From a virus (Duplodnaviria > Caudoviricetes): DNA of 57,767 nucleotides. The stretch lies in IMG/VR virus record IMGVR_UViG_3300030060_004810, positions 1-57,767 of that record. One strand, 5' to 3'. Below the pieces are notes generated by a model, which was not told the origin of the DNA, did no database searches, and saw nothing but the letters and a program-made list of their open reading frames with translations. Position numbers and translations under genes: made by a program. Shown piece after piece: positions 29,846 through 38,892 of this stretch. Positions within the stretch are counted from its first letter, which is position 1. Every line of letters begins with the position of its first letter.

Positions 29846-30496
29846 TTAAATGCCGGTTGAGTCGGCAGTGGTTTGTGAAGCAAAACCACGTGTGCCAGCG
29901 TTGAAATGAGCGTTCAATCGAACAAGCAGATGTGCCCCTGTAGACGAATAATCATTGTTAGCATCATCGTCAACCAAGCCTACGATACGCAATGGTAGCG
30001 TTGCAGTAACAGCAATACTGCTTACGGAAAGCTGGGAATTTGACTTGCCTGTGTCGGTAGAACCGGTACGAGCAGAAGTTCCCAAGCTTGCGTTAGCAAA
30101 AACAGCCGTTAATGCAGTAGCTCGGTCAGTGAGGGTAGCATCCGCCGCTACGACGAACAGTTGGTCGGGGTTATCTGCCACAAGAGCCTTTACCGGGAAG
30201 TTGGTATCGACAGATACGCTTCCTGATCCGGGCCAATAATTAAGAAACACAGGTTTCTTTTGTGTGGCATCTTGATATTCAACCCCTACTAGAACGCCAA
30301 GGGCTTGCGTAGTGCCGCCACTTGTAGCTCCAGCTTGGTCAATAACGCCTGCGGCAGTGGGAACACAAATGCTTCCATTAAAAATAGCATTAGAGTTGTT
30401 ACTAGCAATTTCATACTGAGTAACGCCGGTGGTGTTAGCACCGCTTCCTACAAGACCAACAGGACGAAGACCAAAGGCAGTTTCTTGATTTGCCAT
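29846..30496 (-). CDS. Putative capsid cement/decoration protein
   Basis: MAN...FGLRP N-terminus; adjacent to the MCP gene. Confidence 0.6.
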   Translation of the reverse strand: MANQETAFGLRPVGLVGSGANTTGVTQYEIASNNSNAIFNGSICVPTAAGVIDQAGATSGGTTQALGVLVGVEYQDATQKKPVFLNYWPGSGSVSVDTNFPVKALVADNPDQLFVVAADATLTDRATALTAVFANASLGTSARTGSTDTGKSNSQLSVSSIAVTATLPLRIVGLVDDDANNDYSSTGAHLLVRLNAHFNAGTRGFASQTTADSTGI

Positions 30497-30522
30497 AATT
30501 TAGTTCCTCATGCTGTGCGGCC

Positions 30523-31005
30523 CTATTTCTTGGGGCCGCCAAAAGTTACACGACTCTGACGCTCGGGTTTGCCGATTGTCATCGTTGGATGAGCGTTTTC
30601 TCGCATCATATCGCTTTCAACAGCTTCGATTTGGTCCGCGTTACGTTGAGAAAAGTACTCAGCGCGTTCCTCTACTGTTTCCAACGGTATACGAGCGAGC
30701 ATCAATCCGCCAACACCAAACACACCCTCATATTTACCCGAATCAATTACCGGAGACTCAAAATCTGGATACTCGTCTTGGCGAACAAGCTCATAGCCTT
30801 CTCGCAACCTTGCCGAAATATTTTTGGTGTCGTCAAAACCCCTTACTTCGGCGCGTATCCAACGATGTTTAAAGCCCTCTGGTGCGGGCGGGGCGTCTAA
30901 CATAGACGGGGGAGTCCAAGGCTTACGCCGTCCCTGTTTCTCCCTTGACGCTGTTTCACGTGAGGAGCGATCAATACCCTCAAAGCCTTTCTTCTCTGCG
31001 GTCAT
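30523..31005 (-). CDS. Conserved head-module hypothetical protein
   Basis: W.PPS.LDAP.APEGF.HRWIR and REGYE.VR motifs. Confidence 0.75.
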   Translation of the reverse strand: MTAEKKGFEGIDRSSRETASREKQGRRKPWTPPSMLDAPPAPEGFKHRWIRAEVRGFDDTKNISARLREGYELVRQDEYPDFESPVIDSGKYEGVFGVGGLMLARIPLETVEERAEYFSQRNADQIEAVESDMMRENAHPTMTIGKPERQSRVTFGGPKK

Positions 31006-31009
31006 CTTC

Positions 31010-31930
31010 TTACTCCTTTACGTATTTCGCGTATTCTTCAAGCGGCACTCCCAATTTTTTAGCAATTGCTACTTGGGTCGGGGAGAGTTTGACCCTTTTA
31101 CCACTGCGCCCAGTTTTGGTGGAGCGTGAGACACCGGCAACATTCTGAGCGGGCTTGCGGCCAGTGGATTGCTCCTCTCCAAATTTATGCGGGAACTCCC
31201 GCTTAATTCTAGAGTCCAATTCATTGTAGTAGTCATCCCCTTGCGGGTCAAACCCTTCTTCTTCTATTAACTTTTTGTGAATTCCAAAGGCGGCAAAGGT
31301 CATCGCCTCATCGTTTCCAAACCAAGAGTTCTTTTCGGCCCACTGTTCGGCTTTAGGGTCAGGCCTTTGGGCCTGTTGCGGAGCCTGCTGTTGCGGCGCG
31401 GCTTGCGGAGCCTGTTGTTGCGGAACCTGCTGGTTAGCTTCAGCACGTCTCTGAGCCTGAGCATATTGATTAGCCGCAATACTAATATCCGTCAGTTCTT
31501 TCTGAGCAACTACGGTTCCTTCCGCATCACCTAGCTCAACAGCGCGTTTAAGAGCCGCTTCAGCCTGCTGTTGTTGAAGTTGAATGCGCTGACCGTATTC
31601 GGTCATAAAACCTTGGTCTAGGTTCTGCATTCTCTGTTTAATCTGTTCTGATTCGGCCTGCACATTTTGTGCAAACTTTACAGCCTCTTCTTCACGACGC
31701 TCGGCTTCACGCATTTTTTTAGTCAGACGATTAATACGCTTCTGTACAGATTCGCTGTATTCTGCGATCTCATCGTCAGACGAAGCCTCTTGCTCTATTT
31801 CAATCTCAGGTTGTTCCGAAGCAATTGTTTCACGTGGAACATCTTCTTCAGGTTGCTCAATCTCCACCTCTGTGGCTTCAGCATCTCCCACATCTAATTC
31901 AAACTGAGGTTCTTCGGCAGGTTCTCCCAT
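31010..31930 (-). CDS. Capsid scaffolding protein
   Basis: Acidic N-terminus, long coiled coil and LS..QVAIAKKLGVPLEEYAK C-terminus upstream of the MCP. Confidence 0.7.
   Translation of the reverse strand: MGEPAEEPQFELDVGDAEATEVEIEQPEEDVPRETIASEQPEIEIEQEASSDDEIAEYSESVQKRINRLTKKMREAERREEEAVKFAQNVQAESEQIKQRMQNLDQGFMTEYGQRIQLQQQQAEAALKRAVELGDAEGTVVAQKELTDISIAANQYAQAQRRAEANQQVPQQQAPQAAPQQQAPQQAQRPDPKAEQWAEKNSWFGNDEAMTFAAFGIHKKLIEEEGFDPQGDDYYNELDSRIKREFPHKFGEEQSTGRKPAQNVAGVSRSTKTGRSGKRVKLSPTQVAIAKKLGVPLEEYAKYVKE
31826..31841. promoter_or_regulatory. parS: parS-like site TGTTTCACGTGGAACA (inside scaffold gene)
   Basis: 16/16 match to TGTT[TC]CACGTG[AG]AACA; encodes VPRET. Confidence 0.75.
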
Positions 31931-31942
31931 GGTGCTTCTCCT

Positions 31943-32389
31943 TTACAAACTAAGAATGTCTTCTGGATCGTCAATAGTCGCTAAGATTTCGTCATCATTC
32001 AAAATCCTGCACTCCCCACCGTCTATACGGAACCGAGAACCAGCATAACGAGCAAAGATTACCCACTGTTTTTCGGTGCACCACGGGCCGTCAGGGAACT
32101 TTTCAGCGTCTTTATAGCAAAGAGGGCCTTGCTTAACGACATATCCCACAACAGTCTGAAGCTGAGTGTCGTTCAGAACTTGATTTGGGATGTAAATACC
32201 GCCTTCAGTAGTTTCTCTACCGCGATATGGGAGGATTAACATGCGCCAACCGGTAGGCTGTGGCATCCGCTCCAAAAGACTTTTGTCCATGGCCTCGGGG
32301 TCGAGTACCTTGGGCTGTGGAGCTTTGTAAAGGGATTTGACGCCCTCTGCGGCGGCGTCTAGGTCAATTTCTTCAGCTAGATCAGTCAT
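31943..32389 (-). CDS. groES: GroES-like co-chaperonin
   Basis: PTGWRMLI, TEGGIYIP, VIFARYAG and ILNDDEILA motifs. Confidence 0.85.
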   Translation of the reverse strand: MTDLAEEIDLDAAAEGVKSLYKAPQPKVLDPEAMDKSLLERMPQPTGWRMLILPYRGRETTEGGIYIPNQVLNDTQLQTVVGYVVKQGPLCYKDAEKFPDGPWCTEKQWVIFARYAGSRFRIDGGECRILNDDEILATIDDPEDILSL

Positions 32390-32579
32390 TTAGTTGCTCC
32401 TGTTTTTCTAGCAGGCCCGAGAGTTCCTGTGCTACATAATTCAAAGCCGATAGCTCACCCATAAGGTTTTGGTACTGCTCCATCGACTTTACACTGTTGT
32501 TTTCTAACAATTCCAAGACTTGTGTGCGGCGCTCTTTTATAACCTTTTGTATAAATTGAGCTAGGTATAATGAGTCCAC
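32382..32579 (-). CDS. Hypothetical protein
   Basis: 65-aa helical ORF (MEQYQ...GE) typical upstream of phage GroES. Confidence 0.7.
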   Translation of the reverse strand: MDSLYLAQFIQKVIKERRTQVLELLENNSVKSMEQYQNLMGELSALNYVAQELSGLLEKQEQLND

Positions 32580-32606
32580 ATGCGCTCCATCTCAGAAAGT
32601 CTTATC

Positions 32607-32635
32607 TATATACCACGACAGTCTAAGAGGAGCAA
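32607..32635 (-). promoter_or_regulatory. Putative sigma70-like promoter for head operon
   Basis: TTGCTC-17-TATATA with extended TG, in the intergenic gap. Confidence 0.5.
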
Positions 32636-32983
32636 CTAATATGTCCACATGACGGGTCCAGTGGTGCGAATATCGACGTGAATAAACGTCTTTGCAACAC
32701 CTATGCCGCCAAACCCTAACTTTAACGCTTCTTCTACGATTTTCCTGCGCTCAATCCCGTTATCTGCGTGAATATCCGCCGCAATGCCCTGTGCATGAGT
32801 GCCGGGTTTTACTTTGGCTTTTTCAATGGAATGTTCTGGGGAACGGTAACCAGAGGTAATGTGAAAAGGAAAATTACACGCCTCGCGAAGCTCATCCAAA
32901 CGTGCAATAAAATCTGGGACAATTTTGTTTTCGCCAGTTTCCTGACAAACAAATTCTTCTTCTTTGAAGTATTTGTAGGTCAC
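32636..32983 (-). CDS. Peptidase M15 family endolysin
   Basis: ITSGYR, H..GIAADI and FIHVD zinc-binding motifs. GTG start coupled to the upstream stop. Confidence 0.85.
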   Translation of the reverse strand: MTYKYFKEEEFVCQETGENKIVPDFIARLDELREACNFPFHITSGYRSPEHSIEKAKVKPGTHAQGIAADIHADNGIERRKIVEEALKLGFGGIGVAKTFIHVDIRTTGPVMWTY

Positions 32984-33174
32984 TCTTTTTTGCCCAAAAA
33001 TAGCCCAAACGCGCCTGTTAACGCACCGGTCATGACACTGACCAATGCCGCTTGCTCTGGGTTTGGATCGGGTAACGACATAAACCACTCAACCGTCCGG
33101 TATGTCATCCCAATCATGGCAAACATGAGTACCCGTGGAATAATTCGCCACGCGTTAAGCTGTTCTGGCGTCAA
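32980..33174 (-). CDS. Small two-TM membrane protein (holin-like)
   Basis: WRIIPR motif and two hydrophobic helices next to the endolysin. Confidence 0.6.
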   Translation of the reverse strand: MTPEQLNAWRIIPRVLMFAMIGMTYRTVEWFMSLPDPNPEQAALVSVMTGALTGAFGLFLGKKE

Positions 33175-33325
33175 GGTTTTCGTCCTCTTTCTTTCCCCAC
33201 CAAACCACTACAAACGCACCGCATTCGGGACAAGAAAGATTAGTTTCAATTAAATGCTCATCGTCACGATCATTATCATGATCGCCGCCCCAGATCAGTT
33301 CAGTTTGGCAGTCATAACACTTCAT
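33155..33325 (-). CDS. Small zinc-ribbon protein (56 aa, not in ORF track)
   Basis: Hand translation: MKCYDCQTELIWGGDHD...NLSCPECGAFVVVWW. ATGA-coupled to the holin gene. Confidence 0.75.
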   Translation of the reverse strand: MKCYDCQTELIWGGDHDNDRDDEHLIETNLSCPECGAFVVVWWGKKEDENLDARTA

Positions 33326-33723
33326 TTTTCGCGAGCTACCTGTTTGGTCTTCTCAAAGGTCCGTAGACCACCGAGGCCCAACATCCCAAGCAAAACTGTA
33401 AGAAGGCTCTCCATTTCAAACACAGGTAACGGAGGGGCTTCCACACCAGCAAATGTGATGACAAAAACAGCAATAGGCTGGCCGACAAAGTGCCAAGCCA
33501 GAGCAACACCGCAAGTCCACCCAACAAATGGTCGCCAGCCCGCGACAAACATAGATTTATGTGCCGCTTCAGCTTTATTAATTTCAATCTGACCTTGTGC
33601 AAGCTCTTGAGCATGACGCTCTGACATTGTTGCAATTTCATGTGCAAGCTTCGCCTTTTCGTCAGCATCCGGTATGAACTTATCCAGTAAACCGGTAACG
33701 GGACCTATCAGTGCCTGTAGCAT
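33322..33723 (-). CDS. Holin of 3TMs (GTA-type) family
   Basis: LLDKFIPD, FVAGWRPFVGW and GMLGLGGLRTFEK motifs. Confidence 0.8.
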   Translation of the reverse strand: MLQALIGPVTGLLDKFIPDADEKAKLAHEIATMSERHAQELAQGQIEINKAEAAHKSMFVAGWRPFVGWTCGVALAWHFVGQPIAVFVITFAGVEAPPLPVFEMESLLTVLLGMLGLGGLRTFEKTKQVAREK

Positions 33724-33737
33724 CAAAACCCCCTAAA

Positions 33738-33938
33738 TTAAGCGTTAGTGAAGCGTGAGCCACGTAAAGCCGCCCCCATACCACGCTTTTTGCCTGTAGT
33801 TACCTTGGCAAACGTAATATCCGGAGTCTTTTCTTCCTTTGCTACAGCGTAAGGAATAGAGCCTTGACCTTGAATATCGGCCTTGGCTACAGGGTTTGGG
33901 GGGTTCTTAGGCGGTGCGCCGTCTACTTTAACTCTCAT
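33738..33938 (-). CDS. Small basic hypothetical protein
   Basis: 66 aa with a RGMGAALRG..F C-terminus; GAGG ribosome-binding site. Confidence 0.7.
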   Translation of the reverse strand: MRVKVDGAPPKNPPNPVAKADIQGQGSIPYAVAKEEKTPDITFAKVTTGKKRGMGAALRGSRFTNA

Positions 33939-33939
33939 A

Positions 33940-36375
33940 TCAATTACCTCGTTTTAACAATTCACGTTGTAAAGCCGCATCAATCCTAGCCTGCGTCTGT
34001 CTTTCCTGACTAGCAAGCCGTTGCTGGAACTCAGTCTGCTTGTTAGCCATACGCTGTTGATCCATCTGCAACTCTGCCTGATCTATCTGCAAATCGGCCT
34101 GTTGCTTCTGAGCATCCAACTGAAGCTCCTGTTGCTTGAGTTGCACCAGCGGGTCACCTTGGTTCTGGCCCGTGATCTGTGCCGTAAGCTGTTTCAGTTT
34201 GGCAAACTCTTGTGCGTTGATCTGAGCAACCATGGCTTCTAGCTCAAGCTCCATGTCGGCATTCAAAGGCTGACCGCCTGTTTGCTGTAAAAGTTGTGCC
34301 GTAGCAAGCTCTTGGCTCTTAACCTTAACGTGTTCCATCACGTGCTTTTGCAACGAAATAGCAGACTGTGGCAACGCCTGTAGCGTCCCAGAAGTGCCAA
34401 ATGTCAGGTGCGTCATAATGTGAGCATCGTGATCCTGACCCTCAAACACCTTTAGTTGTACGCTATCCAAGGCGTCAATGTTCTCTTGAGCAGGGTCTTT
34501 CGGTATCGGATCGTCTGAAGACGGCGCTATCAATATCTTGTCTACGTCATTGACCCCCAAAGCCTCGTACATACGACGATACGCTTCATGCAAATCATGT
34601 ATTTGCGGGGCTTGCATGGCCATCTGTAGCTGGGCTTGTGCCAGTGAAATGCGCTGTGCCTGCGAGAAAGAGTTGGGGTTTGATACCGGAACCACGTCTA
34701 TCCGGTCGTCAAAGTCCCGTTGCATAATCGCACGATCACCGCCCATCACCGCATAGGGATACTCCTGCGGTAAATACTCGGACATCACCCGCGCAAGAAG
34801 CTTGAACTCCTGACGCATCCCATAATGCAGACGTTTATGCACCGCGCTCATGACCCGTGAGCCCTGTTCCAACAACGCTACCGTCGTGCCGACAGCCGCC
34901 TGCTGGTTACCATCGCCCACCTTCATGTCAGTAATCGTCGCAAACCGACGACCCGCATCCACCACAAAGCCCAAAAGCTGGAACAAGGTCGTGTCCGGAC
35001 CCTTGAACGGCAACGGCATCAAAGAGTCCCTGATAGCCCCACCGGGCGCATCTACGTCCCTGAACTCACCGGGCTGTAGCGGTTCCTCATCGTCCCTGAC
35101 CCGTAGGCCACGGGCCTTGAAGCCTGCCGGCAGGTTCGACAGCGTACCCGCATCAATCAACTGACGTAAGGCCGCAGTGGCTGTGCGAGACAGGCCACCA
35201 ATAGTATGGATCAAACCAAGGCCGTAAAATCCAAAACCGGGCAAAAACTTGTAGTGCACGAAATACTGGATCTTTTTCTTTACGTCGCTTTCTTCTTTAA
35301 AATTGCGTCGAATAGACAGCACTTGGCCGCTATCTTCGCTTATCGTGACGATATACGGAACTTTGATGCCCGTTGGCTCGCCATCTTCCCCCGTGTCTTC
35401 AAAACCTTCTAGGTCCAGATTGACGTGGCACTCAAGCAAAGTGCAGTCATAATCCAGATTGCTGGGCTCTACTCCGTCCAGCTTATTAATTTCACCCGTA
35501 ATCTCGTCCTCTGCGCCTTGCGCCGGAATAACGGGAATGTCCCTGTAAAAACCCATGACCTGCCGAATACGCAGATCATTTAGAGTCATCTTTACGACCT
35601 GAGTAATGTTTTCACAAGAATCTAAATCACTGGCACCATAGGGCACCACAATGTCCTCTGCGGGGACAAACTTGCTGACAGCGCGGTCTATCGCCTCGTC
35701 ATAGTAAACTTTCTTGAAAGTAGAACCGGCCAGCGGCAGATAAAACAACATTTGATCAAACTCAGGCGTGTACTCCTCCATCACATTGGTGATGTAGTAG
35801 TTCATAAACTCTTTTACACGAAACGCCTGCGCCTCGTTTTCTCGCGTCTTCTCACCAATAATCTGAGTGCGGACAGGACCTGAAGGCGGCAAAAGCTCGT
35901 TAAAAGCCTGTGCCTGAAACTGTGTGGCCGCTTCTGCAAGCAAAGGGTGCGTTACGCCGGTAGCCCCTCTGAAGGGCATTGTGCGCTCTTCATAGTTGTA
36001 TCCCAAAAGCTCCAAGCCCTTGGAATACGCGTCTTCCCACTCGGAACGAGATGATTTGTTAGCGTCGAACTCGCCTAGAAGCTCTGAAGATAAGCGGCCA
36101 AGCTCTCTATCGTCCAACTCCTCTGCCAAGTTGCGATAGAAATCGCCGTCATCAAGGCCAACCATCGCCATGGGATCAAAATCGACAATGACGCCACCGT
36201 CTTCTTCTGCCTCAATCTCTATTCCTTCCGGCAAAACTTCGTTGACTTTACCTACAAAAGTACCCGGTGCGGCTATCTCAATATCTAATTCAAGATCGGC
36301 GTCTTCTAATTCAGAACGAGGGGCCGTGCTATCCATCAACGAAGATAGCTGTGCTTTATCGTCACCATTGGCCAT
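33940..36375 (-). CDS. Portal protein
   Basis: 811 aa with HPLLAEA..QFQA, LPLAGSTFKKVYYD and GFYGLGL motifs and a C-terminal coiled-coil barrel. Confidence 0.88.
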   Translation of the reverse strand: MANGDDKAQLSSLMDSTAPRSELEDADLELDIEIAAPGTFVGKVNEVLPEGIEIEAEEDGGVIVDFDPMAMVGLDDGDFYRNLAEELDDRELGRLSSELLGEFDANKSSRSEWEDAYSKGLELLGYNYEERTMPFRGATGVTHPLLAEAATQFQAQAFNELLPPSGPVRTQIIGEKTRENEAQAFRVKEFMNYYITNVMEEYTPEFDQMLFYLPLAGSTFKKVYYDEAIDRAVSKFVPAEDIVVPYGASDLDSCENITQVVKMTLNDLRIRQVMGFYRDIPVIPAQGAEDEITGEINKLDGVEPSNLDYDCTLLECHVNLDLEGFEDTGEDGEPTGIKVPYIVTISEDSGQVLSIRRNFKEESDVKKKIQYFVHYKFLPGFGFYGLGLIHTIGGLSRTATAALRQLIDAGTLSNLPAGFKARGLRVRDDEEPLQPGEFRDVDAPGGAIRDSLMPLPFKGPDTTLFQLLGFVVDAGRRFATITDMKVGDGNQQAAVGTTVALLEQGSRVMSAVHKRLHYGMRQEFKLLARVMSEYLPQEYPYAVMGGDRAIMQRDFDDRIDVVPVSNPNSFSQAQRISLAQAQLQMAMQAPQIHDLHEAYRRMYEALGVNDVDKILIAPSSDDPIPKDPAQENIDALDSVQLKVFEGQDHDAHIMTHLTFGTSGTLQALPQSAISLQKHVMEHVKVKSQELATAQLLQQTGGQPLNADMELELEAMVAQINAQEFAKLKQLTAQITGQNQGDPLVQLKQQELQLDAQKQQADLQIDQAELQMDQQRMANKQTEFQQRLASQERQTQARIDAALQRELLKRGN

Positions 36376-37298
36376 CAGGCTCTCCTAGTGTATGGGGCAA
36401 ATGCGCCTACGCCGCGTCTTATATCATACCCTCGGAACATGTTCCGTGCCACGGGAGCCATGGAACCCACACCGCCGCCCATGGCGTAATTTTTAACAGC
36501 GGCCTCTGCTTCGCGTTCCTGCCGCTCTTCTAACCGTTCTTGGTTCTGTTCAGAAAGCTCTTCGTTATACTCTTCTAATTCTTCGTACTGATTTAAAAGT
36601 TTGATTGCCGGGGATTCTTCGATACGGGCGCGGATGTAGTCATCCCTGTCTTCCTGCATTCCCTGTCGCGTGGACCGTGCGCCACGGTCCCATTCATCTC
36701 CAAATATTACTGAGCCGACCCCTCTTGTCGGATAGTCTCTTTCACGACGAAGAGCATTACTAAAATAATCAAGAGTTTCAGAGCCGGTTTTCCTTTTATA
36801 CGAACTATTAAGCATCTCAAATAGTTGGCGGTCATCCAGAGCAGTCAAAAAATCCGCAATTCTTACGGCTCTTTCACTTAATCCGGGAAAATTTTTATGC
36901 CGGTATTCGTGTGCATAAATTTCAGGCTTGGCAAATCTATCAACGACGTTCACAGTTCCCGATTCTGGGATTACTCTATGCCTTGTAAGACCACGATAAT
37001 TTTTTCTGTTGTAAAGAAAATCTATAGGATATTTGTCTAAAAAAGTGCCTTCCGGATATTCTTCGTCTGGAGGAGGATAAAAACCTCTTAACACCTTGTT
37101 TGGACCAGACTCGGGAGTACTATATGAAGCAATGTTGGGCAATCCCTGATACCGAGCAATAGACGGGTCTATGTCCGCCGCATAGTTGCTTTGAGCGGCA
37201 ACCTCGATAGCAAACTCATTGTCAAACGCCTGCTTTCGCAGTCGTTGACGCTCCAAAGCCGCTAAGAATTCAGGGTCTTGTTCTACAAGCTTGTCCAT
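36375..37298 (-). CDS. Hypothetical virion-associated protein
   Basis: 307 aa with an HEYRH (HExxH) motif and C-terminal YAMGGGV. Confidence 0.65.
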   Translation of the reverse strand: MDKLVEQDPEFLAALERQRLRKQAFDNEFAIEVAAQSNYAADIDPSIARYQGLPNIASYSTPESGPNKVLRGFYPPPDEEYPEGTFLDKYPIDFLYNRKNYRGLTRHRVIPESGTVNVVDRFAKPEIYAHEYRHKNFPGLSERAVRIADFLTALDDRQLFEMLNSSYKRKTGSETLDYFSNALRRERDYPTRGVGSVIFGDEWDRGARSTRQGMQEDRDDYIRARIEESPAIKLLNQYEELEEYNEELSEQNQERLEERQEREAEAAVKNYAMGGGVGSMAPVARNMFRGYDIRRGVGAFAPYTRRA

Positions 37299-38887
37299 TA
37301 TCGGGCCATGGGCATAATGCCCGTCTGCATCGTGGGCCGTGGTGAGGTTTTCGCGAGGTTACGGCGAAGGGTCGCCTTAGATCGTTGCGGGTTTAAGAGA
37401 GTCTCCAACCCTTGGCCGGTCATGGACATGTCCATACCGCCGGTCAAATCCACAATACCGCCCATGGCAAACTGACCAGTATTTGCCGCCGCCGCCGCTT
37501 CTGCCGCCCGACGTTCTTCCAAAGCTTGAAAGGCGGCTTGTGAGGAGGTTAATCCTGTCGGACCGGTGGGTACGAGATTCATGCCGCGTGAAGATACCGG
37601 AGTCCCTTGCTGATAAGCCACGTCGCCGGGGTCTACATCTTTATTGCCCTTTCCGCTGACATCTCCAGCAATCAGACTTTGAAACACTGAAGAATCTCGT
37701 CCTGCCGCGTCAAAAGCCTTTAAAACTTGGTTGGCTTCTTTGTTTGTTAAAACATTTGCGGGCATGACAGTGGAGGGCAAAAAACCCGTTCCTGTCCGAC
37801 CCTCTCTCCCCGTCTCAGCGTCACCTACGGCTCCTTCAACAATAAATTTAAGAACTTCATAAGCGGATTTTAGCTCGTCATCCATCTCCATAAGCTCTTC
37901 GTCAACAAAGGGCGTAGGTGGCGGAGCCGTAGTTGTAGTAACGGGAGTAGTAGTTTGCGTTGCGGGAGCAGGCGTGGAAGTAGACGTAAAGATATTTCCA
38001 CGACCCTGTGTATCCTCCAAGTTGACCGGCTGTGCATCCGCCGTCGTAGCAGTCAATGTGGGCGTTGGGCCAGAGGGTGGAACATACGGGTAGGCCAGAT
38101 CAGACGCCGGAGTCAGGTATGGATTTACCGGGTCCGGTTGATTCATGGGATCAAACTGACCTTCGTTGTAGGTGTAAAGGTTAGGTTGTTCCGAAGAATC
38201 GACCAGCACATCACTTGTTGTGAAAAACGGCTGTCTTGGCGTACCGCCCGTAGGACGAACCGCGCCAAAGGTAGAACGAAGGCCTTGATCGGTATACTGC
38301 ATCAAGAAATTATCGTCTGTCGCAAAGCCGCCCGTTTTGCTGGCAGAATCTATCGAATCAAATATCCGGCTCCATCTTGCTTCCGTCTCAGCATCAAAGT
38401 CTGTTCGTTCAAAAAAACTTTCTCTATTAAAAGTTTGATCTGGACGATTAAAATAAGCTTCTAGCCATACCGAATCTGCCGCCTTTGGTGAACGAGCAAA
38501 ATAATTGCTAAACCACGCGTAATCTTCATCGGTGACTAGACCCAAAAGACGTAGCGTGTCCACCATCTGACTATTAGTGGTTTCGCGGTAAGGTACGACC
38601 ATGTTTTCGTCAAAATACAAATAGGACGGTAAAGGTGTTTTACCCTGTCCTTTTGCACCGGCTGTTGCACCAGCTATCGCGGGTAAACCCACGGCGGCAC
38701 CCGTATCAACGGTAGTGCCACTTGCCGCCGCCTCTGCGGCCCGCGCTACCGCGTCTGCGTCATGCGGGATATCAAAATTTCCGGTAACTGGATTACGCAT
38801 CATCCCCATTTTATTAACGCTACCGCCATGAAACATAGACCGAGGAGCATATGAACCAATGCCGGACATCAACATTTTATTTCCCAT
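37298..38887 (-). CDS. Hypothetical virion-associated protein
   Basis: 529 aa with a T/P-rich linker, MFHGGSV and FAMGGIV motifs. Confidence 0.65.
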   Translation of the reverse strand: MGNKMLMSGIGSYAPRSMFHGGSVNKMGMMRNPVTGNFDIPHDADAVARAAEAAASGTTVDTGAAVGLPAIAGATAGAKGQGKTPLPSYLYFDENMVVPYRETTNSQMVDTLRLLGLVTDEDYAWFSNYFARSPKAADSVWLEAYFNRPDQTFNRESFFERTDFDAETEARWSRIFDSIDSASKTGGFATDDNFLMQYTDQGLRSTFGAVRPTGGTPRQPFFTTSDVLVDSSEQPNLYTYNEGQFDPMNQPDPVNPYLTPASDLAYPYVPPSGPTPTLTATTADAQPVNLEDTQGRGNIFTSTSTPAPATQTTTPVTTTTAPPPTPFVDEELMEMDDELKSAYEVLKFIVEGAVGDAETGREGRTGTGFLPSTVMPANVLTNKEANQVLKAFDAAGRDSSVFQSLIAGDVSGKGNKDVDPGDVAYQQGTPVSSRGMNLVPTGPTGLTSSQAAFQALEERRAAEAAAAANTGQFAMGGIVDLTGGMDMSMTGQGLETLLNPQRSKATLRRNLAKTSPRPTMQTGIMPMAR

Positions 38888-38892
38888 AAGAT

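Noticed and set aside
30952-30967. Fourth parS site
   Set aside because: Only 12 of 16 bases match (TGTTTCACGTGAGGAG), so it is noted as partial and not called.
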